Positions 46,775-56,709 of a DNA stretch of 64,000 nt are shown piece by piece (position 1 is the stretch's first letter; each line of letters starts with the position of its first letter). This stretch comes from an uncultured Clostridia bacterium. GTDB lineage: Bacteria; Bacillota; Clostridia; UBA1381. Under the pieces are notes generated by a model, which was not told the DNA's origin, did not search any database, and saw only the letters and a program-made list of their open reading frames with translations. Location: NCBI GenBank assembly GCA_934462945.1, contig CAKSJF010000002.1, forward strand, positions 3,743-67,742, in the 5' to 3' direction. A program made the translations under genes and the position numbers.

Positions 46775-46831
46775 GATCCATTTTCCTTTCAATACAGGTT
46801 TCTCCTGTTATTTATTCCTGTGAATGATGTC

Positions 46832-46861
46832 ATTATAGCAGATCTGTGCTGCGGTTGTAAA
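46832..46861 (-). promoter_or_regulatory. Possible promoter of the Asp-box/SGNH/PnuC operon
   Basis: On the minus strand: TTTACA, 18-nt spacer, TATAAT. Confidence 0.4.
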
Positions 46862-46908
46862 TTGCTTCGTTGGTCAAAAAAATTTTTTTATGGCGAAAAA
46901 AAGGACGG

Positions 46909-46937
46909 TTGACAAGCTTCGTGTTATGAGGTATAAT
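46909..46937 (+). promoter_or_regulatory. Promoter of the divergent AraC regulator gene
   Basis: TTGACA, 17-nt spacer, TATAAT. Confidence 0.55.
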
Positions 46938-46960
46938 TGAGAAAAAAGGAGGGAGAGAAT

Positions 46961-47821
46961 ATGCAGGAGCAGTTTGATACGGATCAAAACACAATTCATG
47001 TGGAAAACCTTGAGTTTTCTGCATATTTTCATCTTTTTGAAAAGGAAACTCAAACGGGCGGCGCCTTAAATTCGATTCTTTTCGATACAGTTCACACGCA
47101 TGCTTATGCAGAGCTTTTTCTTTGCTTTGACCTGGAAATTGTGATCAGGACAGATCAGGCGGATATCTGCCTGAAGCCTGGCGAGCTTTTGCTCATTCCT
47201 CCGGGTGTTCGTCATGTGATGCTTCCGAGTCAATCCAATGGTATGTCTGTCGGATTTTCATATAGCTTGCTGAATAACAAAAGCAGGCATGATTTTTTTG
47301 GATTGATTGACGGTTTGTGTAAAACAGCGCTGCCGCGTGTGCTTTACAAGGGAATACCTGCCGAAATATGGAGCTCTGGAAGCGTTCCGGAATTTGACGC
47401 GCTGACGGTTATGCGGCTTTTGCAATTTCTTCTTTGCATGGGGGAATGGTGCAGTAAGGAACAAAAAGCTGAACCTTCAGACGGTCAGAATCCGGAAAGA
47501 GATCTTGGCAGAATCACTGCAGTTGAAAATATGCTTCTTACCTCTTTCATGACGGATTTTCATGCTGAGGACGCTGCAAGGCAGCTTCATCTTAGTAAAC
47601 GGCAGTTGGATCGGGTAATCCGCCGCCGGTTCGGGATGTCCTTTCGGGAGGTTATGACGGAATATCGCATGCAGGCGGCATGTAAAATGCTGACCGGCTC
47701 AGAGCTTTGTGCGGAGGAAATCGGATATGCCGTCGGCTATAACAATAAATCTGCATTTTATGCGGCATTCCGAAGAAAATATGGAATGACACCCATGCAA
47801 TACCGGAACACACAAAAATAG
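46961..47821 (+). CDS. AraC-family transcriptional regulator
   Basis: Start at the ATG at 46961 after AGGAGGGAG. Cupin-like N-terminal half (LLIPPGVRHV) and a C-terminal AraC HTH (GYAVGYNNKSAFYAAFRRKYGMTPMQYR). Confidence 0.85.
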   Translation: MQEQFDTDQNTIHVENLEFSAYFHLFEKETQTGGALNSILFDTVHTHAYAELFLCFDLEIVIRTDQADICLKPGELLLIPPGVRHVMLPSQSNGMSVGFSYSLLNNKSRHDFFGLIDGLCKTALPRVLYKGIPAEIWSSGSVPEFDALTVMRLLQFLLCMGEWCSKEQKAEPSDGQNPERDLGRITAVENMLLTSFMTDFHAEDAARQLHLSKRQLDRVIRRRFGMSFREVMTEYRMQAACKMLTGSELCAEEIGYAVGYNNKSAFYAAFRRKYGMTPMQYRNTQK

Positions 47822-47867
47822 GGGGATGTCAAAAAAGGTAGCATTCTGCTCTCTTTTTTACATCCCC
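47822..47867. terminator. Bidirectional terminator hairpin (short form of the 24769..24960 element)
   Basis: GGGGATGTCAAAAAAGGTAGCA-TTC-TGCTCTCTTTTTTACATCCCC between the convergent araC-like and clpC genes. Confidence 0.7.
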
Positions 47868-47874
47868 TGTGTTA

Positions 47875-50328
47875 TCAGGCGGTTTCTAAAACAAATTCCT
47901 TGTCCTTTGCCGTTACCTTGATTTTTTCATTGTGACTGATTTCTCCGTCGATAATCTTTTCGGAGAGCATATCCTCAATTTTGCTTTGGATTGCCCGGCG
48001 CAGAGGTCTTGCGCCGTATACCGGATCAAAGCCCTCCTTTGCAATTTCAGCGACAGCCTCGTCGGTAAATTCCACGTCGTATTCGTTTGCGTCCAGACGC
48101 TTTTTCAGCTGACCAAGCATCAGTCTTGCGATTGCCTGAATATTTTCCTCAGTCAGACGGTGGAATACGATAATATCGTCAATACGGTTTAAGAACTCCG
48201 GCTTGAATGCACGCTTTACTTCCTCCATCACGCGTTCGCGGATTCTGGTGTATTCGTCTGTTTCTGCCGGCTTTTCCTCGGTCTTGGAGAATCCGAGCTT
48301 TGTGTTTGTGTTCAGAATCTCTTTTGCGCCCAGGTTTGAGGTCATGATAATGACAGTGTTCCGGAAATCCACTCTCCTGCCCTGTGCATCTGTCAGAATA
48401 CCATCCTCCAAAATTTGCAGCATGATATTAAAGACATCCGGATGCGCTTTTTCTACCTCGTCAAACAGCAGTACTGAATACGGATGCTTCCGGATCTTTT
48501 CGGTCAGCTGACCGCCTTCCTCAAAGCCGACATATCCCGGAGGCGAACCGATAAATTTCGACACGGCATGCTTTTCCATATATTCCGACATATCAACCCG
48601 GATCATTGCGTCCTCGCTGCCAAACATGCTCTCGGCAAGCGCTTTGGAAAGCTCTGTTTTACCAACGCCTGTCGGACCTAAGAACAGGAACGAACCAATC
48701 GGACGTTTCGGATCCTTTAATCCGGCTCTGCCGCGGCGGATTGCCTTTGCAACGGCTGTAACAGCCTCCTCCTGACCGATCACTCTTGCATGGAGCAGCT
48801 TTTCGAGGTTCTTTAAGCGTTCACTTTCCTCCTCGGCAAGCCGGCGAACAGGAATGTTTGTCCAGTCGGATACAATATCTGCAATATCCTCCTCGCTGAC
48901 CTCCAGCCGCTTGCTCTTTTCGTTTTCTCTCCATGCGCCGGATTTTTCGCTGATCTGCTCCTGAAGTTTCTTTTCCTTGTCCCGTAATTCTGCGGCTTTT
49001 TCAAAGTCCTGTGCAGTAATAGCTTCCTGTTTTTCCTTTGCCACTGACTCGATTTCCTTTTCCAGATCCTTCAGATCATTCGGAGCGGTCATAGAGGAAA
49101 GCTTTTTCTTGGATGCTGCCTCATCAATTAGGTCGATTGCCTTATCCGGCAGGAAACGGTCGGTAATATATCTTGCAGAAAGCTTTGCAGCTGCGGTCAA
49201 TGCCTCATCACTGATTTTCACATTGTGATGTGCTTCATATTTGTCGCGCAGTCCCTTTAGAATCTGCTCCGTTTCCTCAACAGTCGGCTCGCTGACGGTA
49301 ACCGGCTGGAAACGACGCTCTAAAGCGGCGTCCTTTTCGATATATTTGCGGTATTCGTTAATGGTTGTTGCACCGATTAACTGTAATTCCCCTCTTGCAA
49401 GAGACGGTTTTAAGATATTAGATGCGTCAATTGCGCCCTCTGCTGCGCCTGCACCGACAATGGTATGCAGCTCATCAATAAAGAGAATGACATTTCCGGC
49501 ATTGATGACCTCCTCCACTGCCTTTTTCAGACGTTCCTCAAATTCACCGCGGTATTTTGCGCCGGCAACCATGGAGGACAAATCCACTGCAACCAACCGT
49601 TTGTCTTTTAAGCTTTCCGGAACGTCGCCGCTGGAAATCCTTTGTGCCAAACCCTCAACCACTGCTGTTTTACCAACACCCGGCTCACCGATCAGGCAAG
49701 GGTTGTTTTTGGTACGTCTTGATAAAATCTGAATCACACGGTCGATTTCGGAGCTTCTTCCGATCACCGGGTCGAATTTATCTTCCTTTGCAAGAGCGGT
49801 CAGATCTCTGCCGAACTGATCCAGAGTCGGAGTTGCGGTTTTCTGCGGTCTTGCGCCTTTTTTCTGACCGGTCGGTGACACCGGCTCGCCGTCAATGGCA
49901 TGAATTGTGCTGGAGTAGAAATCACCTAAGTGAATGCCCAGGGTTACCAGAATCTGTGCACCGACACCGTCTCCGTCCCGGAGAATCGCCATGAGCAGAT
50001 GCTCTGTGCCGATGTAGCCGTGTCCCATTCTGCGTGCTTCCATTGCACTCATTTCCAAAATCTTTTTACTTCTTGGTGTCAGTGAAAGCTCGGTTTGCTG
50101 GGAAAGCGGCTCGGAGGATGGAATCAGCATTTCCAGTTGATTCCGGACTGCCTCCTCGTTGATCCCGGCATCCTGCAAAGCCTTTGCTGCAACGCCTGTA
50201 CCCTCACGAATCAGACCCAACAGCAAGTGCTCACTGCCCACATACTGCTGACCTAATTCACATGCAATATCATGCGCGTGGCTCAAAGCCATCCGCGCTT
50301 TTTCTGTAAAGTTTGAAAACATCATCAT
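47875..50328 (-). CDS. clpC: ATP-dependent Clp protease ATP-binding subunit ClpC
   Basis: Two Clp_N repeats, two AAA+ modules (GEPGVGKT and GPTGVGKT) and a UVR-like linker. First ATG at 50328. Confidence 0.95.
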   Translation of the reverse strand: MMMFSNFTEKARMALSHAHDIACELGQQYVGSEHLLLGLIREGTGVAAKALQDAGINEEAVRNQLEMLIPSSEPLSQQTELSLTPRSKKILEMSAMEARRMGHGYIGTEHLLMAILRDGDGVGAQILVTLGIHLGDFYSSTIHAIDGEPVSPTGQKKGARPQKTATPTLDQFGRDLTALAKEDKFDPVIGRSSEIDRVIQILSRRTKNNPCLIGEPGVGKTAVVEGLAQRISSGDVPESLKDKRLVAVDLSSMVAGAKYRGEFEERLKKAVEEVINAGNVILFIDELHTIVGAGAAEGAIDASNILKPSLARGELQLIGATTINEYRKYIEKDAALERRFQPVTVSEPTVEETEQILKGLRDKYEAHHNVKISDEALTAAAKLSARYITDRFLPDKAIDLIDEAASKKKLSSMTAPNDLKDLEKEIESVAKEKQEAITAQDFEKAAELRDKEKKLQEQISEKSGAWRENEKSKRLEVSEEDIADIVSDWTNIPVRRLAEEESERLKNLEKLLHARVIGQEEAVTAVAKAIRRGRAGLKDPKRPIGSFLFLGPTGVGKTELSKALAESMFGSEDAMIRVDMSEYMEKHAVSKFIGSPPGYVGFEEGGQLTEKIRKHPYSVLLFDEVEKAHPDVFNIMLQILEDGILTDAQGRRVDFRNTVIIMTSNLGAKEILNTNTKLGFSKTEEKPAETDEYTRIRERVMEEVKRAFKPEFLNRIDDIIVFHRLTEENIQAIARLMLGQLKKRLDANEYDVEFTDEAVAEIAKEGFDPVYGARPLRRAIQSKIEDMLSEKIIDGEISHNEKIKVTAKDKEFVLETA

Positions 50329-50347
50329 AAAACTCACCCTTTCTTTT

Positions 50348-51361
50348 TTATTCCAATAAACTGTTTCGGATCAATTCCGCCCTGCGGCGGTCGCGCTCCT
50401 CCGGGGTCATTTCCTTGTCTCCGGCAATTTGCGCCGGTTCGGTCTGAACCATCAGAGAAATCAAAGATACGTTAATATCTTCCTTTATGATATTCATAGC
50501 TTTGCCAAGAATGACATCGGATATAAGTGATTTTGCCTCATTGGAGGAAATTTTTCTCGCATAGCGGAGTGTCCCGTAGGAACGCCACAGCCGATCCTCT
50601 AATGCATCCTTGTGCTGCTTTTCTAATTTCTTTCTTGCTTCTTTTTCGTAGTCCTCAATTTGCCCGGCAATGTCGGAAAGCTTTTGAATTAATTCTTCCT
50701 CGGTGCTGCCCATGGTGACGCTGTTGGAAATCTGATAGAGGTTTCCGAGCGCCTTAGAGCCTTCGCCGTAGCTGCCGCGGACTGCGATTCCTAATTTTCC
50801 GGCGGAAGAAATAATGCCGGAAATGCTGTCGGTCATAGTCAGCGCCGGCAGATGAAGCATTAAGGAGGCACGCAAGCCTGTTCCTAAATTGGTCGGACAT
50901 GCGGTCAGATAGCCAAGCTTTTCATCAAATGCATAGTCTAAGCTTTCTTCTAACACATCATCAATCTTGTTTGCCAAATCCCATGCCTCATGCAGCCGGT
51001 TTCCTCCTAAAATTACCTGTAAACGAATGTGATCCTCCTCGTTGATCATAATGCTCATGTTCTCGTCCTTGCCGAGAAGTAGAGCGCCGTATCTGGAATT
51101 GATCAAATCCGGACTGATCAGATGAAGTTCTGCAAGTTTTCTTTTTTCTTTGCCGGAAAGCTTTGTCATCTCCATATATTGAAATTCCTTTGCCAGGGTG
51201 GACGGACTTTTTAAAATCGCATTTTTGATTTCTTCCGCCGCCGCGGCTGCCTGTTGTTCGCTCATTGCATTCGGAAACGGATATTTTTCCAGATTCCGCG
51301 CCAGACGAACCCTTGTGCTGACGATAATATCATTTTTGTTTTGTTCCTGATCCCAACGCAT
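50348..51361 (-). CDS. mcsB: Protein arginine kinase McsB
   Basis: 337 aa. ATP:guanido phosphotransferase motifs ([23 protein letters not shown]) and position between mcsA and clpC. Confidence 0.9.
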   Translation of the reverse strand: MRWDQEQNKNDIIVSTRVRLARNLEKYPFPNAMSEQQAAAAAEEIKNAILKSPSTLAKEFQYMEMTKLSGKEKRKLAELHLISPDLINSRYGALLLGKDENMSIMINEEDHIRLQVILGGNRLHEAWDLANKIDDVLEESLDYAFDEKLGYLTACPTNLGTGLRASLMLHLPALTMTDSISGIISSAGKLGIAVRGSYGEGSKALGNLYQISNSVTMGSTEEELIQKLSDIAGQIEDYEKEARKKLEKQHKDALEDRLWRSYGTLRYARKISSNEAKSLISDVILGKAMNIIKEDINVSLISLMVQTEPAQIAGDKEMTPEERDRRRAELIRNSLLE

Positions 51362-51714
51362 TATTGCTCGCCTCCCATTTCTTTTAATTCCTTGTGTAAT
51401 TTTGCTGCCTTTTCATAATCCTCTGCTGCAACTGCCTGAGAAATTTCTCTTTTTAAGGTTTCATAGCGCCGTTTCTGACGGAGCGCTCCGCCGCAGCGTG
51501 CCGGAACCTTTCCTACATGGGTCGGATTCTGGTGAATCTGCTTAATAGTTGCCTGCAAGGGCGCATCAAATGCTTTGTAGCATTCCGGACAGCCTAAAAG
51601 GCTGCTTTTCTGAAATTCTGCAAAGGTTCTTCCGCAGTGCGGACATTTTGCGGTTTCGTGGTAAACCGGGTAAATGTCAAACCCATCAAAAAAATCTGAA
51701 AATAAATCAAACAT
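51361..51714 (-). CDS. mcsA: McsA-like UvrB/UvrC-motif protein (short form, one zinc finger)
   Basis: 117 aa. CPHCG...CPECY finger and the UVR motif AVAAEDYEKAAKLHKELKEM. It is shorter than the Bacillus McsA I recall (about 185 aa). Confidence 0.75.
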   Translation of the reverse strand: MFDLFSDFFDGFDIYPVYHETAKCPHCGRTFAEFQKSSLLGCPECYKAFDAPLQATIKQIHQNPTHVGKVPARCGGALRQKRRYETLKREISQAVAAEDYEKAAKLHKELKEMGGEQ

Positions 51715-51726
51715 ACTAACATCTCC

Positions 51727-52164
51727 TTATAATAATGCGGTTATCATATTTTTAAAGGTTTCGGCGCGGAGTTTGTTTTGCTCGCTGCCGGCTTTTTTTA
51801 AGCTTTCAGAACAGGCGAGAAGCATTTTTGCCTCCCCGGCTGTGATTCGCTTTCGGTCGTATAGAAAAGACACAATCGCTTTTGCTCCGGGAACATCCAA
51901 TGTATCTTTCATAGAAGAAAGCACATGAGACACGTCGTCCGTAACTTCAATCCTGCGAATCCGGAGACATCCGCCGCCGCCGCGCCGGGATTCTACTAAA
52001 TATCCGTGTTCGGGATTGAATCTGGTAGAGATCACATAGTTGATCTGCGACGGAACACACTGGAAAATGGATGCCAATTCATTTCTTCCGATTTCCAGAT
52101 ACTCCTGATCCTCATTTTTTAATAGTTCAATCAGGAAGGTTTCGATCCGATCACTGATTCCCAT
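51727..52164 (-). CDS. ctsR: Class III stress-gene repressor CtsR
   Basis: ISDRIETFLIELL ... ELASIFQCVPSQINYVISTRF ... GYLVESRRGGGGCLRI are canonical CtsR motifs. The ATG at 52164 follows AAGAGGTG. Confidence 0.9.
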   Translation of the reverse strand: MGISDRIETFLIELLKNEDQEYLEIGRNELASIFQCVPSQINYVISTRFNPEHGYLVESRRGGGGCLRIRRIEVTDDVSHVLSSMKDTLDVPGAKAIVSFLYDRKRITAGEAKMLLACSESLKKAGSEQNKLRAETFKNMITALL

Positions 52165-52182
52165 TTTTCTCACCTCTTAGAC

Positions 52183-52199
52183 TTTGACTTTCTTTGACC
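52183..52199 (-). promoter_or_regulatory. CtsR operator
   Basis: The minus strand reads GGTCAAAGAAAGTCAAA, matching the published heptad direct-repeat consensus (A/G)GTCAAA-NAN-(A/G)GTCAAA. It lies between the promoter and the RBS of ctsR. Confidence 0.85.
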
Positions 52200-52213
52200 T
52201 TTATTGTGACTAC

Positions 52214-52242
52214 AGTATAACACGTCCTTTCTGATTTGTCAA
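52214..52242 (-). promoter_or_regulatory. Promoter of the ctsR-mcsA-mcsB-clpC operon
   Basis: On the minus strand: TTGACA (52237-52242), 17-nt spacer, TATACT (52214-52219). Confidence 0.7.
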
Positions 52243-52340
52243 TGAAAAAATATAATATAAATTATGAACTTTTTGTGAAGCATGTCCCGGCAGATTGATG
52301 AGTTTTAAAAGCGATTTTTTCTTAAAAATATTCAAAACAG

Positions 52341-52374
52341 CGAATAATTATACATGTTTATGAAAGTTTATTGA
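52341..52374 (+). promoter_or_regulatory. Possible ArgR/AhrC ARG boxes
   Basis: CGAATAATTATACA and TGAAAGTTTATTGA each resemble TGAAT-AAAA-ATTCA with about two mismatches. Their starts are 20 bp apart, and the second box overlaps the -35. Confidence 0.35.
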
Positions 52375-52398
52375 CTTTTCAAAAAAGTGTGGTACAAT
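52371..52398 (+). promoter_or_regulatory. Promoter of argB
   Basis: TTGACT, 16-nt spacer, TACAAT with an upstream TG. Confidence 0.5.
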
Positions 52399-52430
52399 AA
52401 ACCTATCAAAACCAAAGAGGAGCGGATGAT

Positions 52431-53303
52431 ATGGAGGAGTTAATAAAAAAAGCCGGGATTCTGATTGAGGCACTGCCGTATATTCAGAAGTTTGCAAATA
52501 AAACGGTGGTTGTAAAATACGGCGGAAATGCGATGATTAATGATGAATTAAAGCATTCTGTGATGGACGATATTATTCTGTTAAAATATATCGGACTGCA
52601 TCCGATTCTGGTGCATGGCGGCGGCCCGGATATTTCAGCGGCATTAAACAGCTTTGGGAAAAAGTCCGAATTTGTGAACGGTCTGCGTGTAACCGATGCA
52701 GAGACGATGCGGATTGCCCAGATGGTTTTAGTAGGAAAAACGAACAAGGAAATTGTTTCGCTCCTGAATTGTAAGGGCGGAAAGGCAATCGGTTTCTGCG
52801 GAATTGACAGCGGCTTTATCCGGTGTAAAAAGCAGTATGCCTTAGCAGACGGAGAAAAAAAGGATATCGGCTATGTGGGCGATATTGTCCGGGTAGATCC
52901 GCATATTATTCAGTATCTTGCAAGTGATGCCTATATCCCGGTGATTGCGCCGATCGGTATGGACGAGGAGGGGCAAAGCTACAATATTAATGCAGACAGT
53001 GTTGCTGCGGCAATTGCAGCTGCAACCTCGGCAGAAAAGCTGATCCTTTTAACGGACGTGGAGGGTGTGAAGGACGAGCAGGGAAATGTGATCTATGAAA
53101 CCTGCCGCGAGGAAATCCATCAGCTGATTGAAGCCGGCATTATCAGCGGCGGCATGATTCCGAAAGTGCTTGGATGTCTGGATGCGCTGGATGCCGGAGT
53201 CAAAGGCGTTCATATTATCGACGGACGCGTTCCGCACTGCTTGCTTTTGGAGATTTTTACGAAGACAGGAATCGGCACTTTGATAAAAGGTACAAATTAT
53301 TAG
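52431..53303 (+). CDS. argB: Acetylglutamate kinase
   Basis: 290 aa. [16 protein letters not shown] and NINAD motifs. Confidence 0.95.
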   Translation: MEELIKKAGILIEALPYIQKFANKTVVVKYGGNAMINDELKHSVMDDIILLKYIGLHPILVHGGGPDISAALNSFGKKSEFVNGLRVTDAETMRIAQMVLVGKTNKEIVSLLNCKGGKAIGFCGIDSGFIRCKKQYALADGEKKDIGYVGDIVRVDPHIIQYLASDAYIPVIAPIGMDEEGQSYNINADSVAAAIAAATSAEKLILLTDVEGVKDEQGNVIYETCREEIHQLIEAGIISGGMIPKVLGCLDALDAGVKGVHIIDGRVPHCLLLEIFTKTGIGTLIKGTNY

Positions 53304-53353
53304 AGTGGAAATTGTTTAACAAAGATATATTTGATCTTTTTTTCCAAATGGTC

Positions 53354-53382
53354 TTGACAAAGGTGTTAAAATCCTGTATAAT
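53354..53382 (+). promoter_or_regulatory. Promoter of the SLH protein gene
   Basis: TTGACA, 17-nt spacer, TATAAT with an extended TG. Confidence 0.55.
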
Positions 53383-53430
53383 GAAGAAAAAAGCTATCGG
53401 CTTTTGAAATTTTAGTAGGAGGTTTTACTC

Positions 53431-55572
53431 ATGAAGAAAACGAAAATGACTTCTTTGGCTATTACGTCGTCATTAGTATTGAGCATGTTCGCGGCCACAC
53501 TTCCTGCAATGGCAGAACAATACTACTCCGATGTGGCTGAAGATCACTGGGCATATAGTTGGGTAGATTATATGCATGGAAAGGGGTATATCCATGGTTA
53601 CCCGGATGGCACATATCGTCCGGATCAGAACATTACCCGTGCAGAATTTGTTACAATTTTAAACTATGTTTTAAATTCCAGAAATCCTGCAAATAAAGAT
53701 TTCACAGACGTAACAAACGAGGATTGGTTCTATGATCAGATCCAGTGGGCAGCAGGAGCAGGCTATCTTTCCGGCTATAGCGACGGAAGTGCGAAGCCGA
53801 ACCAGTATATCACCCGCGAGGAGGCTGCTGTTGTTGTATCAAAGGCATACCACCTGAAAGTGAATGAGGGCGGCGAAAGCTATGCAGATGCAGATGAGGC
53901 AAGTGATTGGGCGTTGCCGTTTATTAAAACCCTGACCAATAATGCCATTCTTAACGGAGACGGAAACGGTACATTCCGTCCGAAGGATAACATCCTCCGT
54001 GCAGAGGTTGCCGTTATGATTGCAAAGGCAGAGCAGAACCCGGATCTTGAGAAAGAAGAGCTGGTATATCCGGATTCTCTGACCAAGACTGAGGATGGCT
54101 ATACCTTAAGCGGAATCACCGTGAAAAATCTGGATAAGGACATGAAGGTTTCTGTTGAGGTAACAGAAAACGGAAATGTCGGAACTTATACAGTCACCGC
54201 AAAAATCGGCGATGAAGTACTGGTTGAAAACGGTACACCGGACGATTTAAAGGCAGCATTGGAGGCAAGAACCCTCTCAGCTGAGGATCTTGCAAATCTG
54301 CATCTGACTTTCTCAGGCTTTGAGGCTGCAGAGGCTGGTTCTTCCCTGGATGTGAAGATCACAGCTACCGATGCAGAAAACGATGTGGGAATTGGGGCTA
54401 AGACCTATAGCATTGCATTCGGCGAGCCGTCCATTGTATGGCCGCAGATCACAGGTACAAGAAATAACTACCAGTTTACAAAGGCAAAGCCGTCCGCTGT
54501 TGCAAACGGCAAGCTGATCCTGACAAACATTTCTGATGATGAATTAGGTGCATACAGCATTGAAGCAAAAATCGGAAATGAAGCTTTAGGCACATTTGAT
54601 TCAATTGAAGCATTGAATAAGGCAATTGAGGAAAAGGTTTGGACAGACGATAGCTTATCTGCTTTGACCTTAACCTTTACCGCAAACGGCAGCCAAAGCT
54701 TTACTCTGAAATTCAGAGCATCCTTGGTTGATGCAACCGAGGGAACAGCAATCGGAAATAATGCTGAGTATACCATTAACTTTGAAAAGGTTTCCGGTCA
54801 GACCGGCAGCCTGACTGGCGGAAGAAGAACAACTCCGGTTGATGAATCCCGTGACCGTGTTGCTCAAAGCTTAAAGGATTATCAGGATCACAAGACAAAC
54901 AGCAATTCTGAACGTGCAGTTGCAGATGATGAAAGAAAGCATGGTATCTCAAATGATATGCTGAAGATTATCTTGACAAACGATGGTATGTGGGATTTTG
55001 ATACATCTGTTTCACAGACAAAGTATGCAGCTAATGTTCAGAAGGAATATACAGATCACAGAACGGATTTAGGAGATGTAGACGGTTCTTATTTCGATGC
55101 ATTATATTCGATCTATGAGGATGTTATTCAATATTTGATGGATAGTACAAAGACAACACCAAAGTCTTGGCAGAATGCGGTTATTACTGAAAATTCATCA
55201 GATAAAGAAGAATATGTATACCTGTTCCGTGCAATGGTAGCAACTGTTAACGGAGCAGCAAATGATGCAATCAGAATTTACAGCGGACAGGAAGCAACAA
55301 CAGAAGATAAGTACTTTGAGAAGTTTAAAGATGCTGTTCCTGCAACATTCGCAGCCGCTGTTGATAAGTACTGTAGTTCATTAGATGCTGATACGCGTAC
55401 TGAGATTACAAATGTTGCAATTGATTATTGCAGTAAAATATTTAACGCTGCTGGCAAGGATTCAATTAAAAAAGCACTTTCGGACTGGATGGAAAAGCAC
55501 AAAGATCAAGGAAGGACTTTGACAGTTGAAGCATTTGCTAATATTTTAAAAGAGTATCGTTTGTACAAATAA
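53431..55572 (+). CDS. Cell-wall-associated protein with three N-terminal S-layer-homology (SLH) domains
   Basis: 713 aa with a signal peptide. Three SLH repeats (DV..DHWAY..V......GY..GYPDGTYRPD..ITRAEF type), then two related ~130-aa internal repeats and a C-terminal region of unknown function. Confidence 0.85.
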   Translation: MKKTKMTSLAITSSLVLSMFAATLPAMAEQYYSDVAEDHWAYSWVDYMHGKGYIHGYPDGTYRPDQNITRAEFVTILNYVLNSRNPANKDFTDVTNEDWFYDQIQWAAGAGYLSGYSDGSAKPNQYITREEAAVVVSKAYHLKVNEGGESYADADEASDWALPFIKTLTNNAILNGDGNGTFRPKDNILRAEVAVMIAKAEQNPDLEKEELVYPDSLTKTEDGYTLSGITVKNLDKDMKVSVEVTENGNVGTYTVTAKIGDEVLVENGTPDDLKAALEARTLSAEDLANLHLTFSGFEAAEAGSSLDVKITATDAENDVGIGAKTYSIAFGEPSIVWPQITGTRNNYQFTKAKPSAVANGKLILTNISDDELGAYSIEAKIGNEALGTFDSIEALNKAIEEKVWTDDSLSALTLTFTANGSQSFTLKFRASLVDATEGTAIGNNAEYTINFEKVSGQTGSLTGGRRTTPVDESRDRVAQSLKDYQDHKTNSNSERAVADDERKHGISNDMLKIILTNDGMWDFDTSVSQTKYAANVQKEYTDHRTDLGDVDGSYFDALYSIYEDVIQYLMDSTKTTPKSWQNAVITENSSDKEEYVYLFRAMVATVNGAANDAIRIYSGQEATTEDKYFEKFKDAVPATFAAAVDKYCSSLDADTRTEITNVAIDYCSKIFNAAGKDSIKKALSDWMEKHKDQGRTLTVEAFANILKEYRLYK

Positions 55573-55585
55573 GTAACAAAAATTT

Positions 55586-55615
55586 GGGCGGATTTTTATC
55601 CGCCCGATTTTTTTT
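55586..55615 (+). terminator. Rho-independent terminator
   Basis: GGGCGGAT ... ATCCGCCC stem followed by GATTTTTTTT. Confidence 0.8.
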
Positions 55616-55676
55616 GAAATTTTTCGTGCATTTTTAAGCATTTTATGATATACTTATTCATATAGAGGGTGATTGC

Positions 55677-56174
55677 ATGTTGAAACAAATACCAACAATA
55701 GAAAATCCAAAGGATTATACAGTATTAGAAAGACGGGATTCCGGGTTTGTTGAATTAAAGGACAAAGAGCCTTTTTTTGTACAGATGCAGTATCCGCGCC
55801 TTGGAATGAAGCACGCAGAATCGCGGTGTCTGATTCGGGAGGAACTATATGAGCGTCTCTTGGCGGCGCAAAATTCACTTCCGGACGGAATCCGGCTTTG
55901 CATTTGGGATGCCTGGCGGCCGTTTCTGCTGCAAAAGGAGCTTTATGAGAAGTACCGTCGGCAGATTGTATGCCAGTTTCATCTGGAAAAGAAATCAGAG
56001 TGCGAGGTGGAGAACGTGGTCAAACGGTTTGTTTCGCTGCCGGTGGAAAATCCGCTCCTGCCGCCGGTGCATACCACAGGCGGTGCAGTGGATCTGACGC
56101 TTGCAGACGAGAACGGAACTCCGCTTTCGATGGGAACAGAATTTGACGCATTTTCCGGGAAAGCCTGGATCTGA
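55677..56174 (+). CDS. D-Ala-D-Ala dipeptidase (M15D, VanX/DdpX-like), apparently lacking its C-terminal catalytic segment
   Basis: 165 aa. LCIWDAWRP and VHTTGGAVDLTL (SxHxxGxAxD zinc site) and MGTEFDAFS are present. The ORF stops about 50 residues before the point where VanX carries EWWH. Confidence 0.55.
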   Translation: MLKQIPTIENPKDYTVLERRDSGFVELKDKEPFFVQMQYPRLGMKHAESRCLIREELYERLLAAQNSLPDGIRLCIWDAWRPFLLQKELYEKYRRQIVCQFHLEKKSECEVENVVKRFVSLPVENPLLPPVHTTGGAVDLTLADENGTPLSMGTEFDAFSGKAWI

Positions 56175-56185
56175 AAAAAGAGGAT

Positions 56186-56629
56186 TTGGAAAGGGTAAAG
56201 GCGGCGGCAGAAAACTTGGAAATGTTCCAGAAGCTGTTTAAAATGGATTTGCAGATTGACCGGTTTAAGGGCAGAATGGAAAATGTCAAGGTTTCCCCGG
56301 AGGGAATTGTCTGCACATTCCGGACAGAACACGACCCAAACGCACAGGAACACACCATCCGGATTATCTTCCATATGCCGAAACGCTGGGGATCCTCCCT
56401 GGAGGTTGCTTTGGTTGACCCGGTGCGCGCACCGAGAATCACAGTCAGCTACCCGGAGGATGTGATGGATGTGGAGATGTTCTCGTTCCTGAGCAAAGGT
56501 GAGGAATCTTCTTTGGAGGTTGCGCATGAGCATCTAAACGGTATCTACGATATTTCCTTAAATAGCGAATGGGTTTACCCCATCAGCGGAATGGTGTTCT
56601 GCCCGGAGAAAAAGACTGAGCAGGAATAG
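56186..56629 (+). CDS. Hypothetical protein; start codon uncertain
   Basis: 147-aa ORF from a TTG, with the first ATG at 56222. I recognise no motif. Composition is coding-like, but there is no convincing RBS. Confidence 0.4.
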   Translation: MERVKAAAENLEMFQKLFKMDLQIDRFKGRMENVKVSPEGIVCTFRTEHDPNAQEHTIRIIFHMPKRWGSSLEVALVDPVRAPRITVSYPEDVMDVEMFSFLSKGEESSLEVAHEHLNGIYDISLNSEWVYPISGMVFCPEKKTEQE

Positions 56630-56638
56630 CAATATTGC

Positions 56639-56667
56639 TTGACAATCCCATGAAAAAATGGTATAGT
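56639..56667 (+). promoter_or_regulatory. Promoter of the methyltransferase-ecf-truA gene string
   Basis: TTGACA, 17-nt spacer, TATAGT. It lies inside the 5' extension of the track ORF, which argues for the downstream start. Confidence 0.55.
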
Positions 56668-56709
56668 AGAATTGGAAGAATAGAAATTCAAAGGATAAGG
56701 AATAGCAGA

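Noticed and set aside
55979-56533. 184-aa and 140-aa minus-strand ORFs opposite the VanX-like gene and the hypothetical gene
   Set aside because: They have no start context and low-complexity Arg/Ser/Phe composition. They are considered antisense shadows, although the weak support for the plus-strand 147-aa ORF makes this the least certain rejection.
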